Part shown: positions 1 to 9,413 of the stretch, in pieces | Position numbering within the stretch: position 1 is the first letter of the stretch | Layout of the letters: each line of letters begins with the position of its first letter | Notes under the pieces: generated by a model | The model's database searches: none | Told to the model about the DNA's origin: nothing | The model's input: only the letters and a program-made list of their open reading frames with translations | From: an uncultured Candidatus Saccharibacteria bacterium | GTDB taxonomy: Bacteria > Patescibacteriota > Doudnabacteria > UBA920 | DNA: 64,000 bases | NCBI GenBank assembly: GCA_964505635.1 | Contig: CAZDIP010000001.1 | Location: forward strand, 40,174 to 104,173 | Direction of reading: 5' to 3' | Translations under genes and position numbers: made by a program

Positions 1-844
1 TTTGGATTGTTACTGTGCGAATACCTCTGTATTCTTTGGTAAAATCTTCAACATAATCCGGCCTTAAGCCGCCCCTAAATGGCAGGCTGCCTACGCCTAT
101 TATTGGGAAAAGTTTAATTTTATGTTTTTTTTCAAATTTTTTAAACCGTGAGAGGGCGATTTTTATGGCCAGAATAGTCGGTACCAGTCCTGAGTTAAGT
201 GCAGGGTCTGAGCGCGCCACGTAAGGCCTTAAATAAACGGGTCTTTTTTTAAACGCGGCATAATAGAGCTTAAGATATTTTTCTAAAATTGAGTCTGAAT
301 TAATTATGGTTTTTACCGATTCAAACAAAGGGATTAGTTCCAAAAACATTTCGCAGTTGTTGTCCCATCGGTTTAGGGGGTGTTTTAAGCAGGCCATTTC
401 GTTAAAAGCTTCCTGTATGCCTATCATTTCCTGGGCCGATTCGCACATTGGCAAAATAACTTCAAACAACGGCGGGGTTTTTAAGCTGAGTTGTTTTGCC
501 AAACCATGTGCCGTTAAAATGCCCATCAGCGCCCTAGACAGCCTGAATTCTTCCTGAACTTTGGGGTTAGGCAGACGGAAAGTTAAAAATTTATTCCGGC
601 CAATTTGCTGTTTTTTAAAGTAGTCGTAGTGCTGGGCCACTAAGCGTTCCATTACTGACTCGTCCACTAACTTACCCTCCCAATCCCACTTATACTCATC
701 AATGCCTAAATCCTGAAAATTTAAAAAGCATTCTTTGGCTTCCTCCATAGTGGGGATAAAGCTTGAAGAATGCCAAAAAGGTTTTTGGGAGTGATCAGGG
801 TGCTGGGTGGCCATGGTGGCCGGGATTTTTCGGTAAATTTTCAT
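1..844 (-). CDS. ppcA: Archaeal-type phosphoenolpyruvate carboxylase (5' part; runs off window start)
   Basis: Manual translation from ATG at 844: MKIYRKIPATMATQHPDH...EYKWDWEGKLVDE, the PpcA N-terminal TQHPD and WDxEGK motifs; not in ORF track because truncated. Confidence 0.85.
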   Translation of the reverse strand, partial: MKIYRKIPATMATQHPDHSQKPFWHSSSFIPTMEEAKECFLNFQDLGIDEYKWDWEGKLVDESVMERLVAQHYDYFKKQQIGRNKFLTFRLPNPKVQEEFRLSRALMGILTAHGLAKQLSLKTPPLFEVILPMCESAQEMIGIQEAFNEMACLKHPLNRWDNNCEMFLELIPLFESVKTIINSDSILEKYLKLYYAAFKKRPVYLRPYVARSDPALNSGLVPTILAIKIALSRFKKFEKKHKIKLFPIIGVGSLPFRGGLRPDYVEDFTKEYRGIRTVTIQ

Positions 845-956
845 CAATAGTCATTTTTTCACACTCTTTTACATATGTCAAAGTTTTGGTATTATTTAAA
901 AGGTTTAAATTAATAGTAGCATACAACATATTTTCATCCTCCCAAGCAGTGATAGC

Positions 957-1136
957 GCGAGATTAGTACAGTGGTAGTATACTTGCTTCCCAAGCAAGAG
1001 AGGCGGGTTCGCCCCGCAGCATTTGTCGCGAGCGTAGTACAATGGTAGTATGCGACCTTCCCAAGGTTGAGACGTGGGTCCGATTCCCATCGCTCGCTCC
1101 AATTGCTGTGGGGTAAAATTCCCGTATCTCGCTCCA
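957..1136 (+). tRNA. tRNA-Gly(CCC), outer copy, interrupted in the T-loop by a 106-nt insertion (1012-1117)
   Basis: 957-1011 joined to 1118-1136 gives a 74-nt cloverleaf: acceptor GCGAGAT/ATCTCGC-T-CCA, anticodon arm CTTGC-TTCCCAA-GCAAG, T arm GCGGG-TTCG|ATT-CCCGT. Confidence 0.8.
1028..1101 (+). tRNA. tRNA-Gly(CCC), intact inner copy
   Basis: GCGAGCG/CGCTCGC-T-CCA acceptor, CGACC-TTCCCAA-GGTTG anticodon arm, GTGGG-TCCGATT-CCCAT T arm; 74 nt. Confidence 0.92.
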
Positions 1137-1212
1137 CCGAGTCAAACTCGGTTTGATGAGGTGAGGCCAGTCAGACTGGTCCCAAAAAGTTTGTTAATAT
1201 AAGACGAAAATT

Positions 1213-1608
1213 ATGAAAATTATACTCGTAGACGCGGTAAATACTTTTGTGGTGGAAGAAAATGGCAAATATAAAATATTTACTCCTATGTTTGAGCTGC
1301 TTGAATCTTTCAAAAACAGAAAAATTATTTTAACTAATGCGGACGACGAGCAAATGCAGAAATTCGGTTTACGCCAAATGCCGTACGAAGTTTTTACCTT
1401 AAAGCATGAGCCCGAAAAAACAGATCCTAAGTATTTTAAAATAATGCTGGAGTATTATAATTTAAGCCCGGGCGATGTGGTTTATTTTGAGCATAATCCA
1501 GAGGCGGTTTTGTCGGCACAAAGTTATGGAATTAAAGCTTTTCATTACAATAAAGACATGCGAGATTTAGTTAACCTAAAAAATTTTTTAAACACAAACT
1601 TATGTTAA
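1213..1608 (+). CDS. HAD-superfamily hydrolase-like protein
   Basis: ILVDAVNTF motif I-like, LTN motif II, KTDP motif III. Confidence 0.7.
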   Translation: MKIILVDAVNTFVVEENGKYKIFTPMFELLESFKNRKIILTNADDEQMQKFGLRQMPYEVFTLKHEPEKTDPKYFKIMLEYYNLSPGDVVYFEHNPEAVLSAQSYGIKAFHYNKDMRDLVNLKNFLNTNLC

Positions 1609-2252
1609 AAGAACGTGGTAGCCAGATTTTAAATACTGAAGATGTCGCGAGGCAGGAATCGGTTGATTGGACAACTTTGCAGGAAAGAATTGCTGAAGAA
1701 AAAACCCGCCAAGCGGCTCAGGAAGAGTTGTATTTGTTTATAAAAAAAATAGTTACAAATAACGGATATAAATTAAACAACTCTCATGACACTGAAGACA
1801 TGATTACCAAAACATTTATTGAAGTAATGGACGCTTTTATAAAAAATAAAGTTAAACATAAAGACAAAATACAGTCTTTTATACACGGTGTTATAAGAAA
1901 TCAGTTTAAAAGTTATTATAGAGAGGTATCGGTACGGGCAAAACGCCACGCGCCTTTAGAAGCTTACGACATAGAAAGCGAAAGAAGAAAAAGCGGACTT
2001 CCTGGCAATGAAGTTCATCAGGCTTTTAACCCTGAACTATGGCTTGCCGATAAAGAAAAAAAAGAGCGATTGATGAGCGTGGTTAATAGGCTCAAAGAAA
2101 AAGATAAAAAAATCATTTTAGATTTTTACTTTAACGAAAAGGACAAAGACACTATTATAAAAGAGATGGGTCTGACTGAAACACAATTTCGCTTACAAAA
2201 AAACAGGGCTTTGGCAAAAATAAAAAACACTTTATTTGCAATAAAGGAATAA
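1602..2252 (+). CDS. Sigma-70 family (ECF-like) RNA polymerase sigma factor
   Basis: Region 2-like DTEDMITKTF..., region 4-like C-terminal HTH ending RALAKIK. Confidence 0.7.
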   Translation: MLKERGSQILNTEDVARQESVDWTTLQERIAEEKTRQAAQEELYLFIKKIVTNNGYKLNNSHDTEDMITKTFIEVMDAFIKNKVKHKDKIQSFIHGVIRNQFKSYYREVSVRAKRHAPLEAYDIESERRKSGLPGNEVHQAFNPELWLADKEKKERLMSVVNRLKEKDKKIILDFYFNEKDKDTIIKEMGLTETQFRLQKNRALAKIKNTLFAIKE

Positions 2253-2259
2253 ATTAATT

Positions 2260-2703
2260 ATGAAAATCACTCTTTGCGGCAGTATAGCTTTTATTAACCA
2301 AATGGCCGAACTGCAAAAACAGCTGGAAACTTTGGGTTACGAAGTTAAGATGCCGCCAATAAAATTTACCGACGCTTTGGGCAAGGTGTGGGACGCGAAC
2401 GACTACTACGCTTACAAAAAAACCCAGCCTTTTAACGACCCGCAGTTTGTAGAGAGCCATCACCAGAGAATCCGCGATCATTTTGACAAAGTGGAATGGT
2501 CGGACGCGATTTTGGTGGCTAATTATGACAAGAACGGCGTTATAGGCTACATTGGCCCGAATACTTTAATGGAAATGGGTTTGGCATTTTTCTTGCGCAA
2601 GAAAATATTTTTGTTAAATTCCATCCCGCAAAACGCTTTTATGGAAGAAGTCATAGGGCTGGGTGCTATAGAAACAAAAGGCAATTTAGAATTAATTAAA
2701 TAA
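2260..2703 (+). CDS. Nucleoside 2-deoxyribosyltransferase-like protein
   Basis: ITLCGS start, SDAILVAN, GYIGPNTLMEMGLAF motif. Confidence 0.7.
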   Translation: MKITLCGSIAFINQMAELQKQLETLGYEVKMPPIKFTDALGKVWDANDYYAYKKTQPFNDPQFVESHHQRIRDHFDKVEWSDAILVANYDKNGVIGYIGPNTLMEMGLAFFLRKKIFLLNSIPQNAFMEEVIGLGAIETKGNLELIK

Positions 2704-2704
2704 T

Positions 2705-3133
2705 ATGCCAAAGCCTTTGGTGACAGATTATAACGGCCATAAAATACACCATAGCGTGGGCGCGGTTATAAAGCGGGATAATAAATACTTGCTTATAGAG
2801 CGCCGCGAGTTTCCCTTGGGTTTTGCGGGCCTGGCTGGGCATATAGATGAAGGCGAAGAACCTAAAGCGGCGGTTGTAAGGGAAGTTTTTGAGGAAGGGG
2901 GTTTAGAGGTAACTAATGCCAAGTTGCTTTATAGCGAAATGGTGGAGTGGAATGAATGCAGTTACCATGTTAAAGGGCATTTTTGGCATTTGTATGAGTG
3001 CGAAACCAAGGGTGAGTTAAAAATTGATGCGCATGAGGCCAAAAGCTTTAATTGGTATTCGGCAGAGGAAATAAAACATTTACAACTTGAACTAGTTTGG
3101 AAATATTGGCTTGAAAAAATAGGTATAATTTAA
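2705..3133 (+). CDS. NUDIX hydrolase
   Basis: GHIDEGEEPKAAVVREVFEEGG Nudix box. Confidence 0.9.
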   Translation: MPKPLVTDYNGHKIHHSVGAVIKRDNKYLLIERREFPLGFAGLAGHIDEGEEPKAAVVREVFEEGGLEVTNAKLLYSEMVEWNECSYHVKGHFWHLYECETKGELKIDAHEAKSFNWYSAEEIKHLQLELVWKYWLEKIGII

Positions 3134-3158
3134 TTTTATGTAAAAACAAATTAAATCT

Positions 3159-3734
3159 TTGATAGATTTTTTTCATAAAGCCGAGAAGTTAAAAACCGTT
3201 ATGCGCCATAGCTGGTTAAGTAATGGACGCAGAGAAAGCGTGGCCGAACATACTTGGCGAATGGGGATAATGGCTTTAATTTTGCATCCTTATCTAAAGA
3301 AGCCGGTTAACTTGGAAAAAGTTTTTAAAATGTTGCTTATACATGATTTGCCCGAGGTATATGCCGGTGATCATTTTGTCTGGAAAGGGGTTTTGAAAGG
3401 CAAGGAAAAAATTGAACGGAAAGCTTTGCTTAAAATCACTCAGAACTTGCCTTTCAAAAATCGTAAAGAGGTGGTCGGGTTGTGGGAGGAGCATGAGGCC
3501 TGGAAAACTCCGGAATCGCATTTTGTAAAAGCTTTAGACAAACTTGAAGTTTTATTGCAGCATTATGAGGCAGACATAAAACATTTAAATAAAAAAGAGT
3601 TTGGTTTTAACTTAACTTATGGGGTTAAATATTGTGAATTTGATCCTTTTATAAGAAGTTTCCGTAAGATTATAAATGAACTTAACTTAGAACATTATAA
3701 AAAACATAAAATAAACCCTAAACTTTATAAGTAA
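3159..3734 (+). CDS. HD-domain hydrolase (YfbR/HDDC2-like)
   Basis: RESVAEHTW...HDLPE...ALDKLE. Confidence 0.88.
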   Translation: MIDFFHKAEKLKTVMRHSWLSNGRRESVAEHTWRMGIMALILHPYLKKPVNLEKVFKMLLIHDLPEVYAGDHFVWKGVLKGKEKIERKALLKITQNLPFKNRKEVVGLWEEHEAWKTPESHFVKALDKLEVLLQHYEADIKHLNKKEFGFNLTYGVKYCEFDPFIRSFRKIINELNLEHYKKHKINPKLYK

Positions 3735-3764
3735 ACTACAAGAAAATTAAGATTAGAAAAGTAA

Positions 3765-4208
3765 ATGCAAGATAACGCCAAATTACATATAGTTATGGTT
3801 CAGGGCTGGGTTAAAAAAGACGGAAAGTTTTTAATGGCTCAGCGTTCATTTAAGGAGTTGCAGGCTCCGGGAGCCTGGTCTATTCCGGGCGGAAAAATAG
3901 AAGAAGGCGAAGGTCTTGGCGTAGTTGAACAGACTTTAAAAAAAGAAATTTTGGAAGAAGTCGGCGTAAGTATTAAAGACAACGTTAAATATATAAGCAG
4001 CGATGCTTTTACCCGCGTGGACGGCAAGCATGTGGTGTCTTTGTGTTTTTTGTGCGAGTGGAAAGAAGGCGAGGCTAAGGCTTTACAGGAAACAGAAACC
4101 GTAAAATGGTTTAGTTTGCAAGAACTTAGAGATTTTAAAGAAGCTAAGCCTTTTTTAAAGAATTTAATTAGCGCTTTGGAAACTTTTTTGTTAAAAGACA
4201 GTTCTTGA
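3765..4208 (+). CDS. NUDIX hydrolase
   Basis: PGGKIE...KEILEEVG. Confidence 0.88.
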   Translation: MQDNAKLHIVMVQGWVKKDGKFLMAQRSFKELQAPGAWSIPGGKIEEGEGLGVVEQTLKKEILEEVGVSIKDNVKYISSDAFTRVDGKHVVSLCFLCEWKEGEAKALQETETVKWFSLQELRDFKEAKPFLKNLISALETFLLKDSS

Positions 4209-4265
4209 TTTTGACTTTTTATTTTTTAAAGAATACTATTTTAGCAGACCCAAGGAGGCGTAAGT

Positions 4266-4871
4266 ATGAGGGCTTTGACGGCTCTTTTTTTGTTTTTGTT
4301 TTGCGCCTGCTTTTTAGAGGCGCCTCGCATGTTAAGTTTTGAAGAAGAGATTGCTTCCAGGTCTCTTATTTCAAAACAGCCTTTGCCTTCCTCGCTTTTA
4401 GACAACTTGTCTAAGGCGGTGGAGTTTGCCCTGCTTAGCGGGGCGGCAAGGGAGATAAGCCAACAAGATCTATTCCACGCGCATTTACTGTTTGCGCGGG
4501 GCAACAGGAACCTTTTGAGCCCAGACGCCATCCTCCTTCACGCGCAGGAAATGGTTGTTTGGTCGCCGGAGGAATTTAAAAAAAGAAACGTCCTTATTTC
4601 CTTGGCAGGACAGCCGGAAATTTTGGACTGTTCCCGTGGCCTCAGCCGGCGCAGGTTTTTCCCACAGGCAGAATGGCCAACGCTTTGTGTAGTTGATGAA
4701 CACGACCTGGGTCTGACAAATCCGGCGGACGTTTATATTGTCCGCGTTGACAGGATTTCTAAGGCTCTGGCCAGAAGCCTTGGCCACAACACCCGCTCCG
4801 TGCGAGGGCTGAAAGTCTTGTTTGTCGGTTTTGGGCTCACGCTCAAAAACGGCCGTCTCGCTCTACCATGA
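4266..4871 (+). CDS. Hypothetical protein with N-terminal hydrophobic segment
   Basis: 201-aa ORF preceded by AAGGAGG; visibly more GC-rich than neighbours. Confidence 0.5.
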   Translation: MRALTALFLFLFCACFLEAPRMLSFEEEIASRSLISKQPLPSSLLDNLSKAVEFALLSGAAREISQQDLFHAHLLFARGNRNLLSPDAILLHAQEMVVWSPEEFKKRNVLISLAGQPEILDCSRGLSRRRFFPQAEWPTLCVVDEHDLGLTNPADVYIVRVDRISKALARSLGHNTRSVRGLKVLFVGFGLTLKNGRLALP

Positions 4872-4951
4872 CCCACGAAACCCCAATTAGATGTTTTCGT
4901 GGGTTTCGTTTGTTTAAAAGCGTTTTTTTTGTTAGAATAAAAGTAAATTTT

Positions 4952-6247
4952 ATGCAAAATCAGCAAACAAAACTTTCTTTAGAGCCGTATAAAGGCACGA
5001 GAGATTTTTATCCGAAAGACCAATTCGTGCAGAACTATATTTTTTCCGTTTGGAAAAAAGTTTGTGAAAGTTACGGGTATTTGGAGTACGGCGCTTCTAT
5101 TTTGGAAGAGACCGAGCTTTATAAAAGCAAGTCCGGCGAGGAAATTGTAAACGAGCAAACCTACACTTTTATAGACCGCGGCGGCAGGAATGTGACCATT
5201 CGCCCGGAAATGACGCCTACAGTAGCCAGAATGGTGGCGCAAAAGCGCAAAGAGCTAACTTTTCCTTTGCGGTGGTTTAGCATCCCTAACCTTTTTAGGT
5301 ACGAAAGGCCGCAAAGAGGCAGGCTTAGGGAGCACTGGCAGCTTAACGCGGACATTTTTGGTGTTGACTCAATAGAGGCGGATGTGGAAATAATCTCTTT
5401 AGCTTATAGTATAATGAAAGGCTTCAAAGCTAAAGACGAACAATTTGTTATTCATTTAAACAGCCGAAAGTTTTTAAATTATCTTCTTAGGGAATATTTT
5501 AGGCTTTCCGAAGAACAAGCTTTAAAAACCGGCAAACTTTTAGACAGGATGGCGAAAATGACGCCTGCCGCTTTTGAAGAAAACGGCGTAGAAATTTTAG
5601 GCGCGGCTGAATTTAAAACTTTGCAGAAAATTATCGGCACCAACGATTTAGCAGAGTTGCCCGAGGATTTGCAAAAGCACGATTCAGTTACCCAGCTAAA
5701 ATTGGTATTTGAAAAATTGCGGGGAAATGGAATAGAAAATTTGGTTTTTGATATTGGGCTTGTAAGGGGTTTTGACTATTATACCGGCGCGGTATTTGAA
5801 GTATTTGATACTAGTCCGGAAAACGCCAGGTCGCTTTTCGGCGGCGGCAGGTATGACGACTTAGTTGGAATTTTTGATGTTGAAAAAGTTTCCGGGGTTG
5901 GTTTTGGCGTGGGCGATGTAACCATCCGCGATTTTTTGGAAACCCATAATTTGTTGCCGGAATATGCCTCGCCGGTTAAGCTTTATATTTGCCACCTTGA
6001 AGGCTATGTTGAAGAGGCTAATAAGTTAGCAAACTACTTAAGAGAGCAGGGAGTAAATGCGGCCGTTGATCTATCTGATAGAAAAGTTTCCCAGCAAGTT
6101 AAAACTGCGGATAAAGAAAGCATCCCATATGTTTTGGTTGTTGGGGAAGAAGAAATTAAAAGCGGGAAGTTTAAATTAAAAAATTTAAAGGAGAGCAGGG
6201 AAGAGGAGTTGGAAACAAAAGACATCGCGGCTTATTTAAAAAAATAG
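4952..6247 (+). CDS. hisS: Histidine--tRNA ligase
   Basis: KGTRDFYP, RPEMT, FRYERPQRGRLREHWQ, VRGFDYYTG, GGGRYD; likely start MQNQQ at 4952. Confidence 0.97.
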   Translation: MQNQQTKLSLEPYKGTRDFYPKDQFVQNYIFSVWKKVCESYGYLEYGASILEETELYKSKSGEEIVNEQTYTFIDRGGRNVTIRPEMTPTVARMVAQKRKELTFPLRWFSIPNLFRYERPQRGRLREHWQLNADIFGVDSIEADVEIISLAYSIMKGFKAKDEQFVIHLNSRKFLNYLLREYFRLSEEQALKTGKLLDRMAKMTPAAFEENGVEILGAAEFKTLQKIIGTNDLAELPEDLQKHDSVTQLKLVFEKLRGNGIENLVFDIGLVRGFDYYTGAVFEVFDTSPENARSLFGGGRYDDLVGIFDVEKVSGVGFGVGDVTIRDFLETHNLLPEYASPVKLYICHLEGYVEEANKLANYLREQGVNAAVDLSDRKVSQQVKTADKESIPYVLVVGEEEIKSGKFKLKNLKESREEELETKDIAAYLKK

Positions 6248-6248
6248 C

Positions 6249-6866
6249 ATGCAGCATTTAACCAGGTTATTTAAATTTTTGGAAATCACCAGGGCGCAGC
6301 CGCAATACGGCTATGTTTTAGCCAATATCCCTAAGTCCGAATTAAGCGACTTGGCTCAGCACCATTATTTAGTCACTTTTTTCGGATGGCAGCTGGCAAG
6401 GCTATTGAATAGAAAAGGCGCTAAAATAAACGTGGAAAAAGTTTTGGCCTACTGCCTGGTGCATGATTTGGGAGAGCTTCTGGGCGGTGATATTTCCATG
6501 CCGTATGGCCGGGTTAACCCCAAAGCTAAAAAATTAGCCAGGGCTTTTGAATACGAAAATATAAAATACATTTCAAAGTTTTTTGGGCAAGACGAAGCTT
6601 ATATAAGAGGTTTAGGCCTGGAGGTTAACGAGTTTAAAAACGATGAAAGCATTATTGCCATGATATCCGACGTAATAGAGTGCACCCATTATAAAATTTA
6701 CAAAAACCGCTTTATTCCTTTGGACGTTAAAATGGCAAAGGAAAAAATAGAAAAGCACATTAGCAGACTGAAAGACAAAGCCGCTAAACGGGAATTAAAT
6801 GAGTTTTTGAAAAAATGGTATAAGGAATTGCCAAAAAATAATCAGTTGGATAAGCTTTTAATTTAA
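6249..6866 (+). CDS. HD-domain hydrolase (YfbR-like)
   Basis: LAQHHY...VHDLGELLGGDI. Confidence 0.8.
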   Translation: MQHLTRLFKFLEITRAQPQYGYVLANIPKSELSDLAQHHYLVTFFGWQLARLLNRKGAKINVEKVLAYCLVHDLGELLGGDISMPYGRVNPKAKKLARAFEYENIKYISKFFGQDEAYIRGLGLEVNEFKNDESIIAMISDVIECTHYKIYKNRFIPLDVKMAKEKIEKHISRLKDKAAKRELNEFLKKWYKELPKNNQLDKLLI

Positions 6867-6883
6867 ATTTTCTTTCTAAGTTT

Positions 6884-7651
6884 ATGCCTAGAAAAATTTC
6901 TAAAGAAATTTTTGGAAATGCGAGATCAGTAATTAACGAGCAGAAGCAAAAGTTTGAAGAGGGCTTACAGCATGAACGCGAGGCTTTTAAAAGTGGCTCA
7001 GAAAAAGGTCCTTATTTTATGTATGACGATGATTTAGAGAATATGGAATACAGCTTTAAAGATTTAATTCCTTGGGGTTTTAAATATTACCTTCGCGAAA
7101 GGTTCGGAGAAAACCAAAATTTAGTGGGGGTGGAATTAGGTGGTCCGGGCTCAAATTTTTTTGGAGGACTTAGCGAATTTTTTAAAAAAAGTGCCGGCGT
7201 TACAACACTCGATTTACGCCATAAGTATCAGACGGAGTTTCAAAAAAATTTTGATACAGCCATTAACCATTCCATTATTGCCGGTGATATTTTTAGCAAA
7301 AAAACTTTAGCTGAAGTTGATAAATGGCTAGGAAACCAGAGAGCAGATTTTATTATTGAAAGAATGCAGGCTGGTTGGAATTTTAACACCGACAGCTTGG
7401 TTCTTTTTGGGAAATATTTGGGAGATTGGTACAAGAGACTGAGTCAGGTTGGGGTTATGTTTGTACAAACTCCTTTCGCATCAAGTAAGCCAAAAATGGT
7501 TCAACCAGGTGTAAAAGCGGATTATGAAGCATGGATTAAATTAATGAGGGATAGTTATGGGGATTTTTTAACAATAAACGCCAATAATTACGTACTAAGC
7601 TTAGAAAAGACACCCAAAGCTCCCGAAAAAATAAATACTTTAAAATTTTGA
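6884..7651 (+). CDS. Hypothetical protein, possible class I SAM-dependent methyltransferase fold
   Basis: GVELGGPGS glycine motif, IIAGDIF, ADFII. Confidence 0.5.
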   Translation: MPRKISKEIFGNARSVINEQKQKFEEGLQHEREAFKSGSEKGPYFMYDDDLENMEYSFKDLIPWGFKYYLRERFGENQNLVGVELGGPGSNFFGGLSEFFKKSAGVTTLDLRHKYQTEFQKNFDTAINHSIIAGDIFSKKTLAEVDKWLGNQRADFIIERMQAGWNFNTDSLVLFGKYLGDWYKRLSQVGVMFVQTPFASSKPKMVQPGVKADYEAWIKLMRDSYGDFLTINANNYVLSLEKTPKAPEKINTLKF

Positions 7652-8064
7652 TCATGCTCTTACAGGTAGGCGTAAAAGTTTTGTTAAAAAATTCTGAGGG
7701 GAAATTTTTGCTTGTTCGCAGAAATCCCAAAAAATACCCCGAAGTCGGGCCTAAGTGGGACATTGTGGGGGGAAGGATTGAACCTGGAACATCGCTTTTG
7801 GAAAATTTAAAACGGGAAGTCTTGGAAGAAGTCGGTTTAAAATTATCGCTCCCTGTTAGGCTGGTTGGGGCGCAGGATATCCTTTTAGAGGACAAACATG
7901 TTGTGCGGCTAACCTATTTGGGAGAAATAGAAGGCGAGCCAAAAATTGACGAAGACCACACCGAAGCCAGATGGTTTTTAGCGGAGGAGTTAAAAAATTT
8001 GCCAAAAGCGGAGCTCGACAGTTATTTTTTGGAATTATTAAATAACCAAACTGTTAAAATTTAA
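7648..8064 (+). CDS. NUDIX hydrolase
   Basis: GGRIEPG...REVLEEVG. Confidence 0.9.
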   Translation: MIMLLQVGVKVLLKNSEGKFLLVRRNPKKYPEVGPKWDIVGGRIEPGTSLLENLKREVLEEVGLKLSLPVRLVGAQDILLEDKHVVRLTYLGEIEGEPKIDEDHTEARWFLAEELKNLPKAELDSYFLELLNNQTVKI

Positions 8065-8065
8065 T

Positions 8066-8278
8066 ATGCGAAGAAACCTGTTATTTTATATTTTTGTTAT
8101 GGTTTTTTTGGTTGCCATAGTTATATTTTGGTCAAACAAAAAATCCGGCAGCCAAGTTATGGTTAGCAGCTTTGAAGAATGCGTTGCCAAGGGCTTTAAG
8201 GTCATGGAAAGCTATCCCAGGCAGTGCAGTTTGCCTGACGGCAGATTTTTTGTGGAAACCATGGTAGAAAACAGGTGA
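8066..8278 (+). CDS. Small membrane-anchored protein
   Basis: N-terminal TM; SFEECVAKGFKVMESYPRQC Cys-pair motif. Confidence 0.7.
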   Translation: MRRNLLFYIFVMVFLVAIVIFWSNKKSGSQVMVSSFEECVAKGFKVMESYPRQCSLPDGRFFVETMVENR

Positions 8279-8318
8279 TATGGTATAATTAATTTAGCAA
8301 GAAAATTAAGAAATAAAT

Positions 8319-8732
8319 ATGAATCATAAAAATTTGGGTTTGTTTTTGTTACGCTTGGGTTTGGCAATTGTTTTTATTGCCCATGGTTATGCCAAGCTTA
8401 CCGGGCTTGAAGGTACGGGTATGTTTTTTGAAAAGTTAGGTATCCCCATGCCAGCGCTTATGGCTTATGTGGTTACTGCGGTTGAATTCTTAGGCGGTAT
8501 TTTAATGCTTTTTGGCGTTTTGGTTAGGTATGTAGGATTGCTTATGTCTGTTACTATGCTGGTTGCGATTTTAACTGCCAAAATGCAGGGGGGCTTGATG
8601 CTTCCTATGGCGGGTAAGTATGAGTTGGAATTAATGCTTTTGTTGTCCGCTTTGGCCGTGGCTTTTTTGGGAGCCGGCGAATGGACGGTTTCAAGATTGT
8701 TTAAAAAAGAACAGAGTCAACCGCAAGTTTAG
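8319..8732 (+). CDS. DoxX family membrane protein
   Basis: LLRLGLAIVFIAHGYAKL...EFLGG. Confidence 0.9.
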   Translation: MNHKNLGLFLLRLGLAIVFIAHGYAKLTGLEGTGMFFEKLGIPMPALMAYVVTAVEFLGGILMLFGVLVRYVGLLMSVTMLVAILTAKMQGGLMLPMAGKYELELMLLLSALAVAFLGAGEWTVSRLFKKEQSQPQV

Positions 8733-8749
8733 TTAATTTATTTTTTTCA

Positions 8750-8777
8750 GGCGGCTCTTTACAGAGCCGCCTCTTTG
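8750..8777 (+). terminator. Intrinsic terminator-like hairpin
   Basis: GGCGGCTCT-TTAC-AGAGCCGCC followed by TCTTT. Confidence 0.6.
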
Positions 8778-8783
8778 GTCTAT

Positions 8784-9413
8784 ATGGCGGATAACAATCT
8801 AATAGAGAAAATTAACCAAGTTGTCAAAACAAAATTTTCAGGTGAAGGTACGGGTCACGACTGGCATCACATTCAAAGAGTTGTGAAGCTTTCTCGTTAT
8901 ATTGCCGGCCGGGAGAAAGCCGCGGATTTGTTTTTGGTTGAGGTTGTTGCTTTGCTGCATGACTTGGAAGATTGGAAATTTAATTCAAAAAAAGACGCCA
9001 AAGAATTGCCTCAGACCAGAAAATTGTTGGTAAATTTGGGCTTGGAAAATTCAGTTACTCAAAAAGTTTTAAGGAATATTTCTAAAATTTCTTTCAAAGG
9101 TACGGGTAAAAATATTCCGCCTGATTTGGAAGGCAAGATTGTCCAGGACGCGGACAGGCTGGACGCGTTAGGCGCTTTGGGAATAGCCAGAACTTTTGCT
9201 TATGGAGGAAAACTGGGCAGACCGATTTTTGACCCAAAAATTAAGCCCTTTGAATATTTTTCAACCAGCATAAATCATTTTTACGAAAAGCTTTTATTGT
9301 TAAAAAATAGAATGAATACCAAAACCGGCCGGAAGCTTGCAGCAGACAGGCATAAATTTATAATGCTGTTTTTAAAACAGTTTATGAAAGAATGGAAAGG
9401 TAAAATTGTATGA
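8784..9413 (+). CDS. HD-domain phosphohydrolase (YedJ-like)
   Basis: GHDWHHIQRV...LLHD...VQDADRLDALGALGIARTF. Confidence 0.9.
   Translation: MADNNLIEKINQVVKTKFSGEGTGHDWHHIQRVVKLSRYIAGREKAADLFLVEVVALLHDLEDWKFNSKKDAKELPQTRKLLVNLGLENSVTQKVLRNISKISFKGTGKNIPPDLEGKIVQDADRLDALGALGIARTFAYGGKLGRPIFDPKIKPFEYFSTSINHFYEKLLLLKNRMNTKTGRKLAADRHKFIMLFLKQFMKEWKGKIV

Noticed and set aside
905-1145. Three short minus-strand ORFs
   Set aside because: They are antisense translations of the tRNA genes
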